This document shows, piece after piece, positions 9,136 to 16,968 of a DNA stretch of 62,147 nt (positions within the stretch are counted from its first letter, which is position 1; the number at the start of each line of letters is the position of its first letter). This stretch comes from a virus. The translations under genes and the position numbers were made by a program. The stretch is taken from positions 1 through 62,147 of IMG/VR virus record IMGVR_UViG_3300015203_000002, one strand, 5' to 3'. A model generated the notes under the pieces. That model was given only the letters and a program-made list of their open reading frames with translations. It was not told the DNA's origin and did no database searches.

Positions 9136-10995
9136 TTACGCTCCCCTCTTTTTCTTTAACCCACATTGTTCTAAAAGGTAACTGGCATGACGATTATAGC
9201 GGCTGCCAAGTCCTTGACCGCGTTCATTTCTTATCTGCTTGAGACTCTCTTCCACGTTATGATTAGCCTGATACCAGACTTCCAGCAATCTCCCCTGAAC
9301 TTCCGACAACATCAGGTCATCTCCCCGTGGCAGGAAAGTCGCTCCCGGCTGCTCTGTAGGCTCGTTTACAGCCATGTAGCGGGAGTCGTGGGAAGGTTCG
9401 GGAGTCGTGGGAGGTTCCCGATGTACCACGCTCAAATTTGGTCGTGAGTGCGTTTTATCGGCACTTCCACCGTCTGCCCGAAACTCCCCTTGATGAGACC
9501 GGATATAGTCCACAACCTCGTGGTACTCTTGCTCGCTGATCTCCATGAGTTGGATCATCTCACGACCCGTATAATGCATCGCCTTCATCTGGATAATGGC
9601 TTCACATAAGTCATGCATCGACAACCCTTCACTCACCTCTTCTTCCTCGAATACAGTTGAGAGGTCTGGAAGGGATTGTACAGGTTGCGCTGATTTCACA
9701 ACCGGCAAAACGGTCTCCTCAATCTTGCGTGACGAGAGGTGGAATACTGATGGGTCAAGTAGCGTCGGGCCGAGTAACAAGTACAAGGCTTCGTTATCGA
9801 CATAAGGCACACGTATCAACACCGCGTCAGGGACCGCCTTACAGCGTAACATAACCGCGCCTTTCCCTAGTGCATTCTCACGAATATCGGTTGCATCTCC
9901 TAGAAGCGCCCGTGCAGTTGCTGAGTCACCTCCAACATAGAAGGCGGTTTTAAAACACTTGCGCACGCCGCCGCCTTCCACTCCTATCGTTTTGACCTGA
10001 AAATCTTGACTGGCAACGACCACATAAATGCCGTATTTACGCCCCTCACGTAGCAACTTTTCGAGATACTCAACCACTACTTTCCCACGCTCTTTTACCA
10101 CATCAGGCCATTCGTCAATTACGACAAAGTACGGGCGTCCAATGGGCTGGTAGGATTGCGCCAACTCTTTGCGCTGTGGAATAAGCGTCTTTGCCATCCA
10201 CTGCATATACATTTCAATCGTCTCACCCTTTGAGCAAGGAAGAGGCGGCTGTTGTAAGAAGGGTTCACCTTTGCCGTTCATGCGCTCAAAAGGTGTCCAG
10301 TCCTCTCCACCGGATTGGTCGTATCCTGCATAGTGAGGATTGAGCAAAAGCACACGCACCCCAATAGAGCAGAGTTGACTCATGATGATGCGCATGATGG
10401 TCCCCTTGCCATTGCCGGTCAGACCAGCAAGCGCAACGTGACACAAATCTTCAACGGGAACGATCACATCTGTCCCATCCTCACGTGTTCCTAAGTAAAT
10501 GCGGTCAAGGGAGGGGCGGAACCCCTTTGCAAGCACTTGTGAAAAAGTGAAAGTAGCAGGAGTGACAGACGGCATAGGAAATACCTCATGCGCATCACTC
10601 CACTCAATTAGGGGCATGCCATCCTCCACACGCTCATCACGCGCTGGTGAGGGATCGGACGCTTGCACCACGTCACCGGCTTCAAGCAAGATTGGTTCAA
10701 CGGGCGGCGTCAATCCGCGCATCTCCTGTATTTTGCAATAGGCGTCATGGATCACCGCTTTGGACTTAGGGTCAAGGCTTGTGTATTTGCGCTGAATGCT
10801 TGCATGTAGTTCAGGACCGCATTGGGAAGCCAGCCAGCCAGCCAAGAGACCAGCGACCACCCCGGTCGGGCCAAAGTGGGCACATATCAACTCCGTGCCA
10901 ATAAGTGTCCCAATCCCGTACTTTGCTTGCAAGAGCAGAGGGAGTGGTTGCACCTCCCTCTCTTCCTCTCTGCTGATGATCATCTCGTCTGCCAT
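9136..10995 (-). CDS. FtsK/SpoIIIE (TraB-like) DNA translocase ATPase with N-terminal TM helices
   Basis: 619 aa. TM segments are GTLIGTELICAHFGPTGVVAGLLAGWLA. Walker A LAGLTGNGKGTIM, Walker B YFVVIDEWPDV. Confidence 0.8.
   Translation of the reverse strand: MADEMIISREEEREVQPLPLLLQAKYGIGTLIGTELICAHFGPTGVVAGLLAGWLASQCGPELHASIQRKYTSLDPKSKAVIHDAYCKIQEMRGLTPPVEPILLEAGDVVQASDPSPARDERVEDGMPLIEWSDAHEVFPMPSVTPATFTFSQVLAKGFRPSLDRIYLGTREDGTDVIVPVEDLCHVALAGLTGNGKGTIMRIIMSQLCSIGVRVLLLNPHYAGYDQSGGEDWTPFERMNGKGEPFLQQPPLPCSKGETIEMYMQWMAKTLIPQRKELAQSYQPIGRPYFVVIDEWPDVVKERGKVVVEYLEKLLREGRKYGIYVVVASQDFQVKTIGVEGGGVRKCFKTAFYVGGDSATARALLGDATDIRENALGKGAVMLRCKAVPDAVLIRVPYVDNEALYLLLGPTLLDPSVFHLSSRKIEETVLPVVKSAQPVQSLPDLSTVFEEEEVSEGLSMHDLCEAIIQMKAMHYTGREMIQLMEISEQEYHEVVDYIRSHQGEFRADGGSADKTHSRPNLSVVHREPPTTPEPSHDSRYMAVNEPTEQPGATFLPRGDDLMLSEVQGRLLEVWYQANHNVEESLKQIRNERGQGLGSRYNRHASYLLEQCGLKKKRGA
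9381..9418. repeat. Tandem 19-bp direct repeat inside the 3' part of the FtsK-like gene
   Basis: gggagtcgtgggaaggttc / gggagtcgtgggaggttcc, differing by a one-base indel. Confidence 0.9.
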
Positions 10996-11016
10996 AGCCG
11001 TCCTCTCTTTCTTGCC

Positions 11017-11550
11017 TTACCCTTTTGCCTGTGTGGCCTGTGTTGGTGGTGTTTTTGTTCCATTGGAGAAACCGAATTCCAGCAAGTACACCCCTATCAA
11101 ACCAAAGAACGCGGAACCAAACGCGGTCAATACGGCAAAGTAGAAATGCCCCCAAAACCCGGCAGCGCCAAACGTACCGAAGTTTCCCGTCGTCCACAAA
11201 TTGACGACCACCATCACAATGGCGGCACGCCCAAACCACTTTGCGAGTGAGGGATTATGGAACCCTACGGCAGACTTGCAAATCTCCCACCCGATCACAC
11301 CCACCATGTAAATCAACTCAGTGCCCCAACCGGCAATGATCAACATGCGATCATGGACCGGAAGATCACCCACGAACAGATACCACATCTCTGCGAAGAC
11401 GCTGACGGCGTTGTTATCGGCGGGGAGCGCCACACCGTTATTAACAAAGGCTTGCGTGGCCTGAACGTCAATGCTCACAATCTCTAACCATCCCCCAATG
11501 AGGAGCAATCCCAAGATGATCAGAGGGATCATACTTTTCTTTGGCATCAT
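11017..11550 (-). CDS. Polytopic membrane protein
   Basis: Start chosen at MMPKKS (GAAAGGAAAC RBS). Several hydrophobic spans (IPLIILGLLLIGGW, LIIAGWGTELIYMVGVIGW, AAIVMVVVNLW, FYFAVLTAFGSAFFGLIGVYLL). Confidence 0.65.
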   Translation of the reverse strand: MMPKKSMIPLIILGLLLIGGWLEIVSIDVQATQAFVNNGVALPADNNAVSVFAEMWYLFVGDLPVHDRMLIIAGWGTELIYMVGVIGWEICKSAVGFHNPSLAKWFGRAAIVMVVVNLWTTGNFGTFGAAGFWGHFYFAVLTAFGSAFFGLIGVYLLEFGFSNGTKTPPTQATQAKG

Positions 11551-11570
11551 GATAATGTTTCCTTTCACAC

Positions 11571-11599
11571 TTGCCACATCGCTCCACATCGGCTATCAT
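11571..11599 (+). promoter_or_regulatory. Plus-strand promoter TTGCCA-17-TATCAT, antisense to the minus-strand operon
   Basis: Read directly: TTGCCAcatcgctccacatcggcTATCAT. Confidence 0.4.
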
Positions 11600-11605
11600 G
11601 CCTCT

Positions 11606-11668
11606 GCCTGCGATGAGACCGTTTCATCGTTCGTGCCGCTCTGTTGCTATGTGGAGCGGCTTCTTTTT
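11606..11668 (+). ncRNA. Candidate ~60-nt antisense small RNA (stem-loop plus terminator)
   Basis: Bounded by the promoter at 11571..11599 and the plus-oriented terminator at 11635..11670. The 5' stem-loop is CGATGA-gaccgtt-TCATCG. No ORF. Confidence 0.3.
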
Positions 11669-11670
11669 TT
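11635..11670 (+). terminator. Plus-oriented rho-independent terminator inside a minus-strand operon
   Basis: GCCGCTC-tgttgctatgtg-GAGCGGC-TTCTTTTTTT. The U-run exists only on the plus strand. Confidence 0.6.
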
Positions 11671-11673
11671 ACA

Positions 11674-11907
11674 CTACGATTGTTCTATGTACTCAGTGGG
11701 ATAATAGCCGTTGTTCTTCACCATCGTCACCACGCCGTGAACAAGTCCGACAAGTCCCATGTCCTCTAAATCACTCATCGCCTTACTCACGACGAAGAGC
11801 GACATTCCCGTGTGATTGCAGACATCGACGATGCGCACCGCGTCTGCATCCTCCACCTCATACAGTTCAACTATCGCGTGATGGATTTTCTCTTGCTCGT
11901 CATTCAC
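11674..11907 (-). CDS. Winged-helix DNA-binding protein (putative)
   Basis: 77 aa: IHHAIVELYEVEDADAVRIVDVCNHTGMSLFVVSKAMSDLEDMGLVGL. Confidence 0.5.
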   Translation of the reverse strand: MNDEQEKIHHAIVELYEVEDADAVRIVDVCNHTGMSLFVVSKAMSDLEDMGLVGLVHGVVTMVKNNGYYPTEYIEQS

Positions 11908-11959
11908 TGCTTGCTCCTCTCACTTTTTACGCACTACGATTGACAGTGATCAATATTGT

Positions 11960-12139
11960 CTACTCTTTACGGCTGAGTGGCTGGATTGCCGAGAAAAACA
12001 GTGCCATCACCAGCGCAGAGGCAGTCCACGCAATCAATGCAGAACCGCTATTACTTAGCACTAACACGATCACCTCTACGAACCAGCCGATAAAAATGGC
12101 AACGCCTAAAATCGCTGCTCTTGTTTGCTTAGGACTCAT
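11960..12139 (-). CDS. Small two-TM membrane protein (59 aa)
   Basis: MSPKQTRAAILGVAIFIGWFVEVIVLVLSNSGSALIAWTASALVMALFFSAI. Overlaps the end of the RHH gene by 11 nt. Confidence 0.45.
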   Translation of the reverse strand: MSPKQTRAAILGVAIFIGWFVEVIVLVLSNSGSALIAWTASALVMALFFSAIQPLSRKE

Positions 12140-12350
12140 TCTGCTTTGCCTCCTTTTGCTCTTCGTGCTCAGGGGAGGACTTCTTTTTTCGAGACGCCTT
12201 CTTCCTCTCTTCGCTGATAGTTGCCGCCTTTTCCCTGAGCACGAAACGTACGGCGTGCGCATCACTTTCGAGGAACAAGTACCGCTCTCGAATAAGCGCA
12301 ATAGCCGCGTGATCCTCATCATCTAGGTAGATGTTTGTACGTTTCTTCAT
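12129..12350 (-). CDS. Ribbon-helix-helix (CopG/ParD-like) protein, probably leaderless
   Basis: TNIYLDDEDHAAIALIRERYLFLESDAHAVRFVL. The ATG lies 7 nt after the TATAAT of promoter 12358..12387. Confidence 0.6.
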   Translation of the reverse strand: MKKRTNIYLDDEDHAAIALIRERYLFLESDAHAVRFVLREKAATISEERKKASRKKKSSPEHEEQKEAKQNES

Positions 12351-12357
12351 AGACAGT

Positions 12358-12387
12358 ATTATACATCAGATATGCATCACTTGTCAA
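12358..12387 (-). promoter_or_regulatory. Promoter TTGACA-18-TATAAT
   Basis: Minus strand reads ggggTTGACAagtgatgcatatctgatgTATAATactgtctATG. Confidence 0.65.
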
Positions 12388-12419
12388 CCCCTTTATCCAC
12401 CAATATTTCACACGAGTTT

Positions 12420-12746
12420 TCATCGCTTCTTCTCCACAATCGGCAAGACGACCCCAGCCATATGCAGTTCGTTCAAAATGTAAAACCAATCATCCATGCT
12501 GCTCAAATGCAGCGTATCGTCATTCAGCAACCGATTGCGTATCGTCGTGTGCTTGCTCTCTGTACACAACTGCATGAGCGCCTCAAAAACGCGATACCGC
12601 GTCGCTAGCGTGGCTCTCACAATCCGTATGTCTCCTAACCCCTCGATGTGCAGCACGACCTTTCTAGCACGTTCCCTGCTCATTTCTAGGGCATAGGTGG
12701 GATGACTCTTGCTATCGTTGGTGGGATTGTCTGTAGTGTTCGTCAT
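12420..12746 (-). CDS. Hypothetical protein (108 aa)
   Basis: ORF coupled head-to-tail with 12746..13078. Confidence 0.6.
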   Translation of the reverse strand: MTNTTDNPTNDSKSHPTYALEMSRERARKVVLHIEGLGDIRIVRATLATRYRVFEALMQLCTESKHTTIRNRLLNDDTLHLSSMDDWFYILNELHMAGVVLPIVEKKR

Positions 12747-13078
12747 TACGATGCCTTTCTCACTGGCTTGATTTTCTTCAACCGCGCTATCATCTCCTCC
12801 GCCTGTTCTTCGCTCACACGTTCAGCATACGCCTGCCATGATCCACGACACGGCAAGAGCAGCAATCCCACCTTTTCCCCGTTGAGTGAGTGCACGGGTT
12901 GCATTTCCGGATACCCACGCTCAGCAGCCAGATCGAGCAAACGCTGTGCATAGACGTGCTCTGTGCAATACGTCGTGTGATCAGTGGGAGCGTTACAGCG
13001 TTCAAGGGTGTTGAATGCCACCAATCGCTCAAATGAGCAGAGGGTGTGCTTTTTCAGGGTAAACGGGTGATTGTTCAT
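12746..13078 (-). CDS. Hypothetical Cys-containing protein (110 aa), paralog-like to 13078..13353
   Basis: Shares the pattern C..H...L.DLAAERGYPE with CEQCSHRKALIDWGYAQGWPE of its neighbour. Confidence 0.6.
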   Translation of the reverse strand: MNNHPFTLKKHTLCSFERLVAFNTLERCNAPTDHTTYCTEHVYAQRLLDLAAERGYPEMQPVHSLNGEKVGLLLLPCRGSWQAYAERVSEEQAEEMIARLKKIKPVRKAS

Positions 13079-13353
13079 TATGCTACTCCCTCATCGCTAT
13101 TCGCGCCCATCAATCCATTCACCAGCGTATGGATGCACTCTTCGCGTGCAAGAAGGGCGTTTGTCTTCCACAGACTGGCATCATTGCCGATGGCATAGGG
13201 AGCCACAAAGACTTCAGGCCATCCCTGTGCATAGCCCCAATCGATCAACGCCTTGCGGTGGCTGCACTGTTCACACCATGCATTGCCTACTGCGTCAAGC
13301 GTCGTTGGGCGCGTGCCGTGCACTTCACATCGTTTATCCATTGATGCCCCCAA
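13078..13353 (-). CDS. Hypothetical Cys-containing protein (start could be 13341)
   Basis: ORF overlapping the dnaB end. MDKRCEVHG...CEQCSHRK. Confidence 0.55.
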   Translation of the reverse strand: MGASMDKRCEVHGTRPTTLDAVGNAWCEQCSHRKALIDWGYAQGWPEVFVAPYAIGNDASLWKTNALLAREECIHTLVNGLMGANSDEGVA

Positions 13354-14680
13354 TACCGTATTCTAACGGGTAAAATGCAGTTTGTTCCGGTTGCCAGTAT
13401 AAGGATATATTCCCGGTTGGGCCGTTACGATGCTTCTCAATGATCACTTCTGCGATGTTGGTGGGTTGGTAGCCTTCTACGCTTTTGTTGTAGTAGTCAT
13501 CACGATACACAAACATCACGACATCTGCGTCTTGTTCCAAACTGCCGGAATCTCTCAAGTCGGAGAGTTGGGGGCGCTTGTTTTGCCGTGACTCCACTTG
13601 ACGTGATAGTTGACACAACGCCAACACCGGCACATCAAATTCACGTGCAAGCGTTTTCAAGCCCCGGCTAATTGCGCTAATAATCTGGACTTGATTGTCA
13701 CGCTTGGAGGCATCCACATCTGGCTCAATGAGTCCAATGTAATCCACCACCACGAGATCAACGCCGCCTTTACGCTGCACGTACCGGCGTAACTGACTGC
13801 GCATGGAAGAGATTGGGTTTCCCGCCGTGTCGTTAATCGAGATCGGCAGACTAGAGAGATTGCTGATCCCGGCTATCACGCGCTCCCACTCGTCATCTTC
13901 TACCCACCCACCACGCAAGCGCTGTGCATCGATCTTGGTTTGCATCGACATGAGACGCCGTGCTAAAAGTTTACGTCCCATCTCTAGCGAGAAGACCGCA
14001 ACGCGCTTTTGTCGGGCAGCCGCGTTCATGGCGATGCACAACGCCAATGCGGTTTTACCCATCGATGGCCTCCCTCCAAGCAGGATGAGATCAGATTTTT
14101 GCAAACCTGCGAGGGGCACATCAAGATCGTGGTAGCCAGTGGGCACGCCCAAGAATTGCCCACGATGCTCATGCAAAAACTCGAGTTCATCCATGTAGTC
14201 GCGCATTAGTTCAGGCATATCCACAAATTGCGCCTGCTCCGTATTTTTCCTGAGTGCGAAGAGCAACTGTTCTGCCTGCTCAAGTAACTGGTCTTCTTCG
14301 TGATACGCAAGTTGCGCTATTTGACCAGCAACACTACAGAGTTTACGTCTCAGTGCGCACTTTGCTACGATACGCGCATAATACTCAACATTGCCGCCTG
14401 TGGGCACGGCATTGATCAAGAGATTTATTGCACCAGGACCGCCAACAATTGCCAGTTTGCCGTCTTGCTCTAACACATCGCAAATGGTGATGTAGTCGGC
14501 AGGCTCTTGCCGATTGTGCAGGGTCAAGATTGCAGCGTAGATCAACTGGTGAGCGTTGCGATAGAAATCAAGCGGGGTGAGGATATCCACCACGTGCACA
14601 ATCGTCTCAGGATCAATCAGGAGGCTCCCAAGCACCCCCTCTTCCGCTTCAAGGTTAGCCGGTAATTCTCGTTCGCTCAT
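13334..14680 (-). CDS. dnaB: Replicative DNA helicase DnaB
   Basis: 448 aa. N-terminus LPANLEAEEGVLGSLLIDPE. Walker A GGRPSMGKTALAL. Also LALCQLSRQVESR. Confidence 0.9.
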   Translation of the reverse strand: MSERELPANLEAEEGVLGSLLIDPETIVHVVDILTPLDFYRNAHQLIYAAILTLHNRQEPADYITICDVLEQDGKLAIVGGPGAINLLINAVPTGGNVEYYARIVAKCALRRKLCSVAGQIAQLAYHEEDQLLEQAEQLLFALRKNTEQAQFVDMPELMRDYMDELEFLHEHRGQFLGVPTGYHDLDVPLAGLQKSDLILLGGRPSMGKTALALCIAMNAAARQKRVAVFSLEMGRKLLARRLMSMQTKIDAQRLRGGWVEDDEWERVIAGISNLSSLPISINDTAGNPISSMRSQLRRYVQRKGGVDLVVVDYIGLIEPDVDASKRDNQVQIISAISRGLKTLAREFDVPVLALCQLSRQVESRQNKRPQLSDLRDSGSLEQDADVVMFVYRDDYYNKSVEGYQPTNIAEVIIEKHRNGPTGNISLYWQPEQTAFYPLEYGIGGING

Positions 14681-15987
14681 GAAGTCCTCCGTGTGTTGAA
14701 CATCTCAGACAACCGCTTATTTTTCTCTTCAAACAATTGCTGCTGTGTTTTAGGTTTTTCACCCGTTGCGGTTGTGATAGGCTTTTTCTTGAGCAATGGA
14801 AGCAATTTCCAATTCTCCCACACATGCACAATGGTGTACTTCCCTGACGGTTTCAGGTGGTTATACACCAATTGCATATCTTCTTTGGTGGGTGTGAGGG
14901 ACGCCGCCATATCCTCCATCTTTTTCCATTCCCACTCAGGGTGACCGGTGGCAATCTCGTTGATCTCGTCGTACATGCGCCGAATATCACGCGCCCCTTG
15001 CGAGTAAATTTCCTTGGGCGCTGGTGGCACGGCTGCTGCTTGTTGCTGTGCAGGCTTCACGCTTGGAGGGATGATCACCACATCACGTGGTGGCATCGGC
15101 ACATCCATCACCGGCGCTACTCCAACTGAGGTGGCAGGGGTTGTTGTAGCCCTTCGGCTATGTGAACTTTGAGAGTTATCCACAATCGGTGTTGCTTGTG
15201 TGGATAACTGCATTGGTGTATGTGCACTCGTCTCATCGCCTTGAATGGTTGGGGTTATCGTGTAGTCACTCGATACGGGTTTTTCAGAAAGTGGTGTGTG
15301 TGTGCTTTCGGGTTGCGATACTGTTGGGGTAGATACTACACTCTCTTCTTTACAATCTATATAATCTATACTAATCTGTGGTTTCTCGTTTTGGGTATCT
15401 CGCCCCGCTTGAGACTTAGGTTTACGTCCTCTTTTGCAATTAGAATTATTTCTATTAACAATAAGAACTTTTTCTAATTGGAATAAGAACTTTTTCTTAT
15501 TGATAAGAACTTTTTCTAATTCAGGATCAATAAGAAATTTTTCTAATTGAAAGTGCTCTCTATGGAAAGCCTCCAATTGTTTTGCCCCTTGCCTATAGGC
15601 TTCAAGTGCTTGTGTGATGGTTTCAAGTTGAACATCATAGCAGTGGACTGATGACGTTTCATCGATGTTGAGATAGCCAAGGAGCTGTAGGGTAGGAATG
15701 GCCGTATCATGCAACGTCTTTTCTGTGATCTCTCCACACATATCCTTCACCAGTTGGTCTTGTCTGCGAAAGATGCGAAATGTGGTGTCCTGGTCGGGTT
15801 TCTCACCACGTGCAGATTTGACATCATTCATGTTTTCAGCATCGTCTTTATGCTCTTTGCGGATGCTGTAGCGATAGAGCAGAACACTGAGCAGTTTAGC
15901 TGCTGGTCGTATTCCCATGCAGATAGCCACCATACTCGGACGAACGACCAATATTTCTTCTTCTGGGAATGAGACGCACCATTTCAT
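14677..15987 (-). CDS. Replication initiator-like protein carrying internal iterons (lambda O-like organisation)
   Basis: 436 aa directly upstream of dnaB with an ATGA overlap. The iteron DNA encodes repeated LEKFLI/LEKVLI peptides. The central region is low-complexity and P/T/S-rich. Confidence 0.55.
   Translation of the reverse strand: MKWCVSFPEEEILVVRPSMVAICMGIRPAAKLLSVLLYRYSIRKEHKDDAENMNDVKSARGEKPDQDTTFRIFRRQDQLVKDMCGEITEKTLHDTAIPTLQLLGYLNIDETSSVHCYDVQLETITQALEAYRQGAKQLEAFHREHFQLEKFLIDPELEKVLINKKKFLFQLEKVLIVNRNNSNCKRGRKPKSQAGRDTQNEKPQISIDYIDCKEESVVSTPTVSQPESTHTPLSEKPVSSDYTITPTIQGDETSAHTPMQLSTQATPIVDNSQSSHSRRATTTPATSVGVAPVMDVPMPPRDVVIIPPSVKPAQQQAAAVPPAPKEIYSQGARDIRRMYDEINEIATGHPEWEWKKMEDMAASLTPTKEDMQLVYNHLKPSGKYTIVHVWENWKLLPLLKKKPITTATGEKPKTQQQLFEEKNKRLSEMFNTRRTS
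15461..15549. repeat. Four 20-bp iterons (ATAAGAACTTTTTCTAATTG); putative replication origin
   Basis: Copies at 15461, 15483, 15503 and 15530. Each has the internal dyad ATAAGAA/TTCTTAT. The context is AT-rich. Confidence 0.8.
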
Positions 15988-16016
15988 ACGAATTTTCCTT
16001 CATTGACGACTAACTA

Positions 16017-16045
16017 TTGACACATTTGGTAGTGGTGTGTACAAT
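16017..16045 (+). promoter_or_regulatory. Plus-strand promoter TTGACA-17-TACAAT upstream of the initiator gene, in antisense orientation
   Basis: Read directly: TTGACAcatttggtagtggtgtgTACAAT. Confidence 0.5.
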
Positions 16046-16051
16046 AGAGGT

Positions 16052-16117
16052 AATGCTAACAATTGCCATTAAAAAAGTTTTTCAATAGAGCACGTTTTGT
16101 GGGCGTGCTCTATTTTT
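16052..16117 (+). ncRNA. Candidate ~65-nt countertranscript (antisense to the leader of the initiator mRNA)
   Basis: Consensus promoter at 16017..16045 plus a strong plus-oriented terminator at 16085..16117. No ORF between them. Confidence 0.35.
16085..16117 (+). terminator. Rho-independent terminator (10-bp stem, T5)
   Basis: ATAGAGCACG-ttttgtggg-CGTGCTCTAT-TTTT. Overlaps the stop of 16110..16337(-). Confidence 0.7.
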
Positions 16118-16337
16118 CTGCCTCCAACACATACCCCTCAACCATGTTCCATCTGAAATCCCACGCGAACCTGCGTGCCCGATTCCAGATAAACTGATCG
16201 TTCCCCTTGAGGAACTTTCTGTGCCCTGTCTTCTTCGATACGACATAACACCCATTGAACAAGATGTGCAATCTCTTCGTGTACTCATCGTACAGGACCG
16301 TGCAGCCATCTGGCAAGTTGTTATGCTTGATGGTCAT
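16110..16337 (-). CDS. Hypothetical protein (75 aa)
   Basis: ORF in the operon series. Confidence 0.55.
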   Translation of the reverse strand: MTIKHNNLPDGCTVLYDEYTKRLHILFNGCYVVSKKTGHRKFLKGNDQFIWNRARRFAWDFRWNMVEGYVLEAEK

Positions 16338-16512
16338 GTTTCACCCTCACAAGTTCCTCAATCCGCCCAGCACGGGCAATCTGTGCAATCGTGACATCAC
16401 ACAACCACACACCGCCATTGCCGTGCCATACCCCAAACGTCTCAGTGTGTGGTAATTTGCGCGTATTGTACCCGGCGCGTAAGATCGCAAGACGGAACTG
16501 TTGGATGGTCAT
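16321..16512 (-). CDS. Hypothetical protein (63 aa)
   Basis: ORF overlapping both neighbours by a few nt. Confidence 0.5.
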   Translation of the reverse strand: MTIQQFRLAILRAGYNTRKLPHTETFGVWHGNGGVWLCDVTIAQIARAGRIEELVRVKHDHQA

Positions 16513-16769
16513 GTGTTCCTCTCTCTCTCGATCATGCGGAGTATGCGAGATAATGCGTCCTGAACGTCGTAGGGCGGCATATCATCGGTTTGCCTGATGA
16601 GTACTTCTTCAATCATGTCAAGCAACGTAGGGTCGCTCTCAGCGAGATCATGGACATGCAACACGGTCTCCATATCGCCACTGTGCAGCGCCACTTCATA
16701 CCGCGCAACCAACGCGATACGGTAGAGGTGTGCTCGTGTGATAAGATCGACTTCTTGTTGGATGTCCAT
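16509..16769 (-). CDS. Hypothetical protein (86 aa)
   Basis: ORF with ATGA-type coupling. Confidence 0.55.
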   Translation of the reverse strand: MDIQQEVDLITRAHLYRIALVARYEVALHSGDMETVLHVHDLAESDPTLLDMIEEVLIRQTDDMPPYDVQDALSRILRMIERERNT

Positions 16770-16779
16770 GCTACAACTC

Positions 16780-16968
16780 CTACTGGTTTAATTCTTGTCT
16801 CTTGCGTGTCTTTGCAATTCGGATGATTTCTTGCAAAGACACCCGTACTGTACTATGCCCTTCAATCGTGAGGAGATAGCGGTCGCTCTCCCCAATACGC
16901 TCAATCGTGCATCCTTGCGCTGTGAGATAATCGTATGCTTGGCTCAAGTCCATGCCGTCGTTGCTCAT
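16780..16968 (-). CDS. Hypothetical protein (62 aa)
   Basis: ORF in the operon series. Confidence 0.5.
   Translation of the reverse strand: MSNDGMDLSQAYDYLTAQGCTIERIGESDRYLLTIEGHSTVRVSLQEIIRIAKTRKRQELNQ

Noticed and set aside
11571-12326. A 251-aa plus-strand ORF, the longest unexplained ORF in the early arm.
   Set aside because: It is antisense to four RBS-supported minus-strand genes. Its composition is Arg/Ser/Pro/Cys-rich and low-complexity. It begins within the promoter-like TTGCCA.
15461-15549. Short regularly spaced repeats considered as a CRISPR array.
   Set aside because: There are only four 20-bp units with 0-7 bp between them. They lie inside a coding sequence next to dnaB, and there are no spacers. 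They are iterons.
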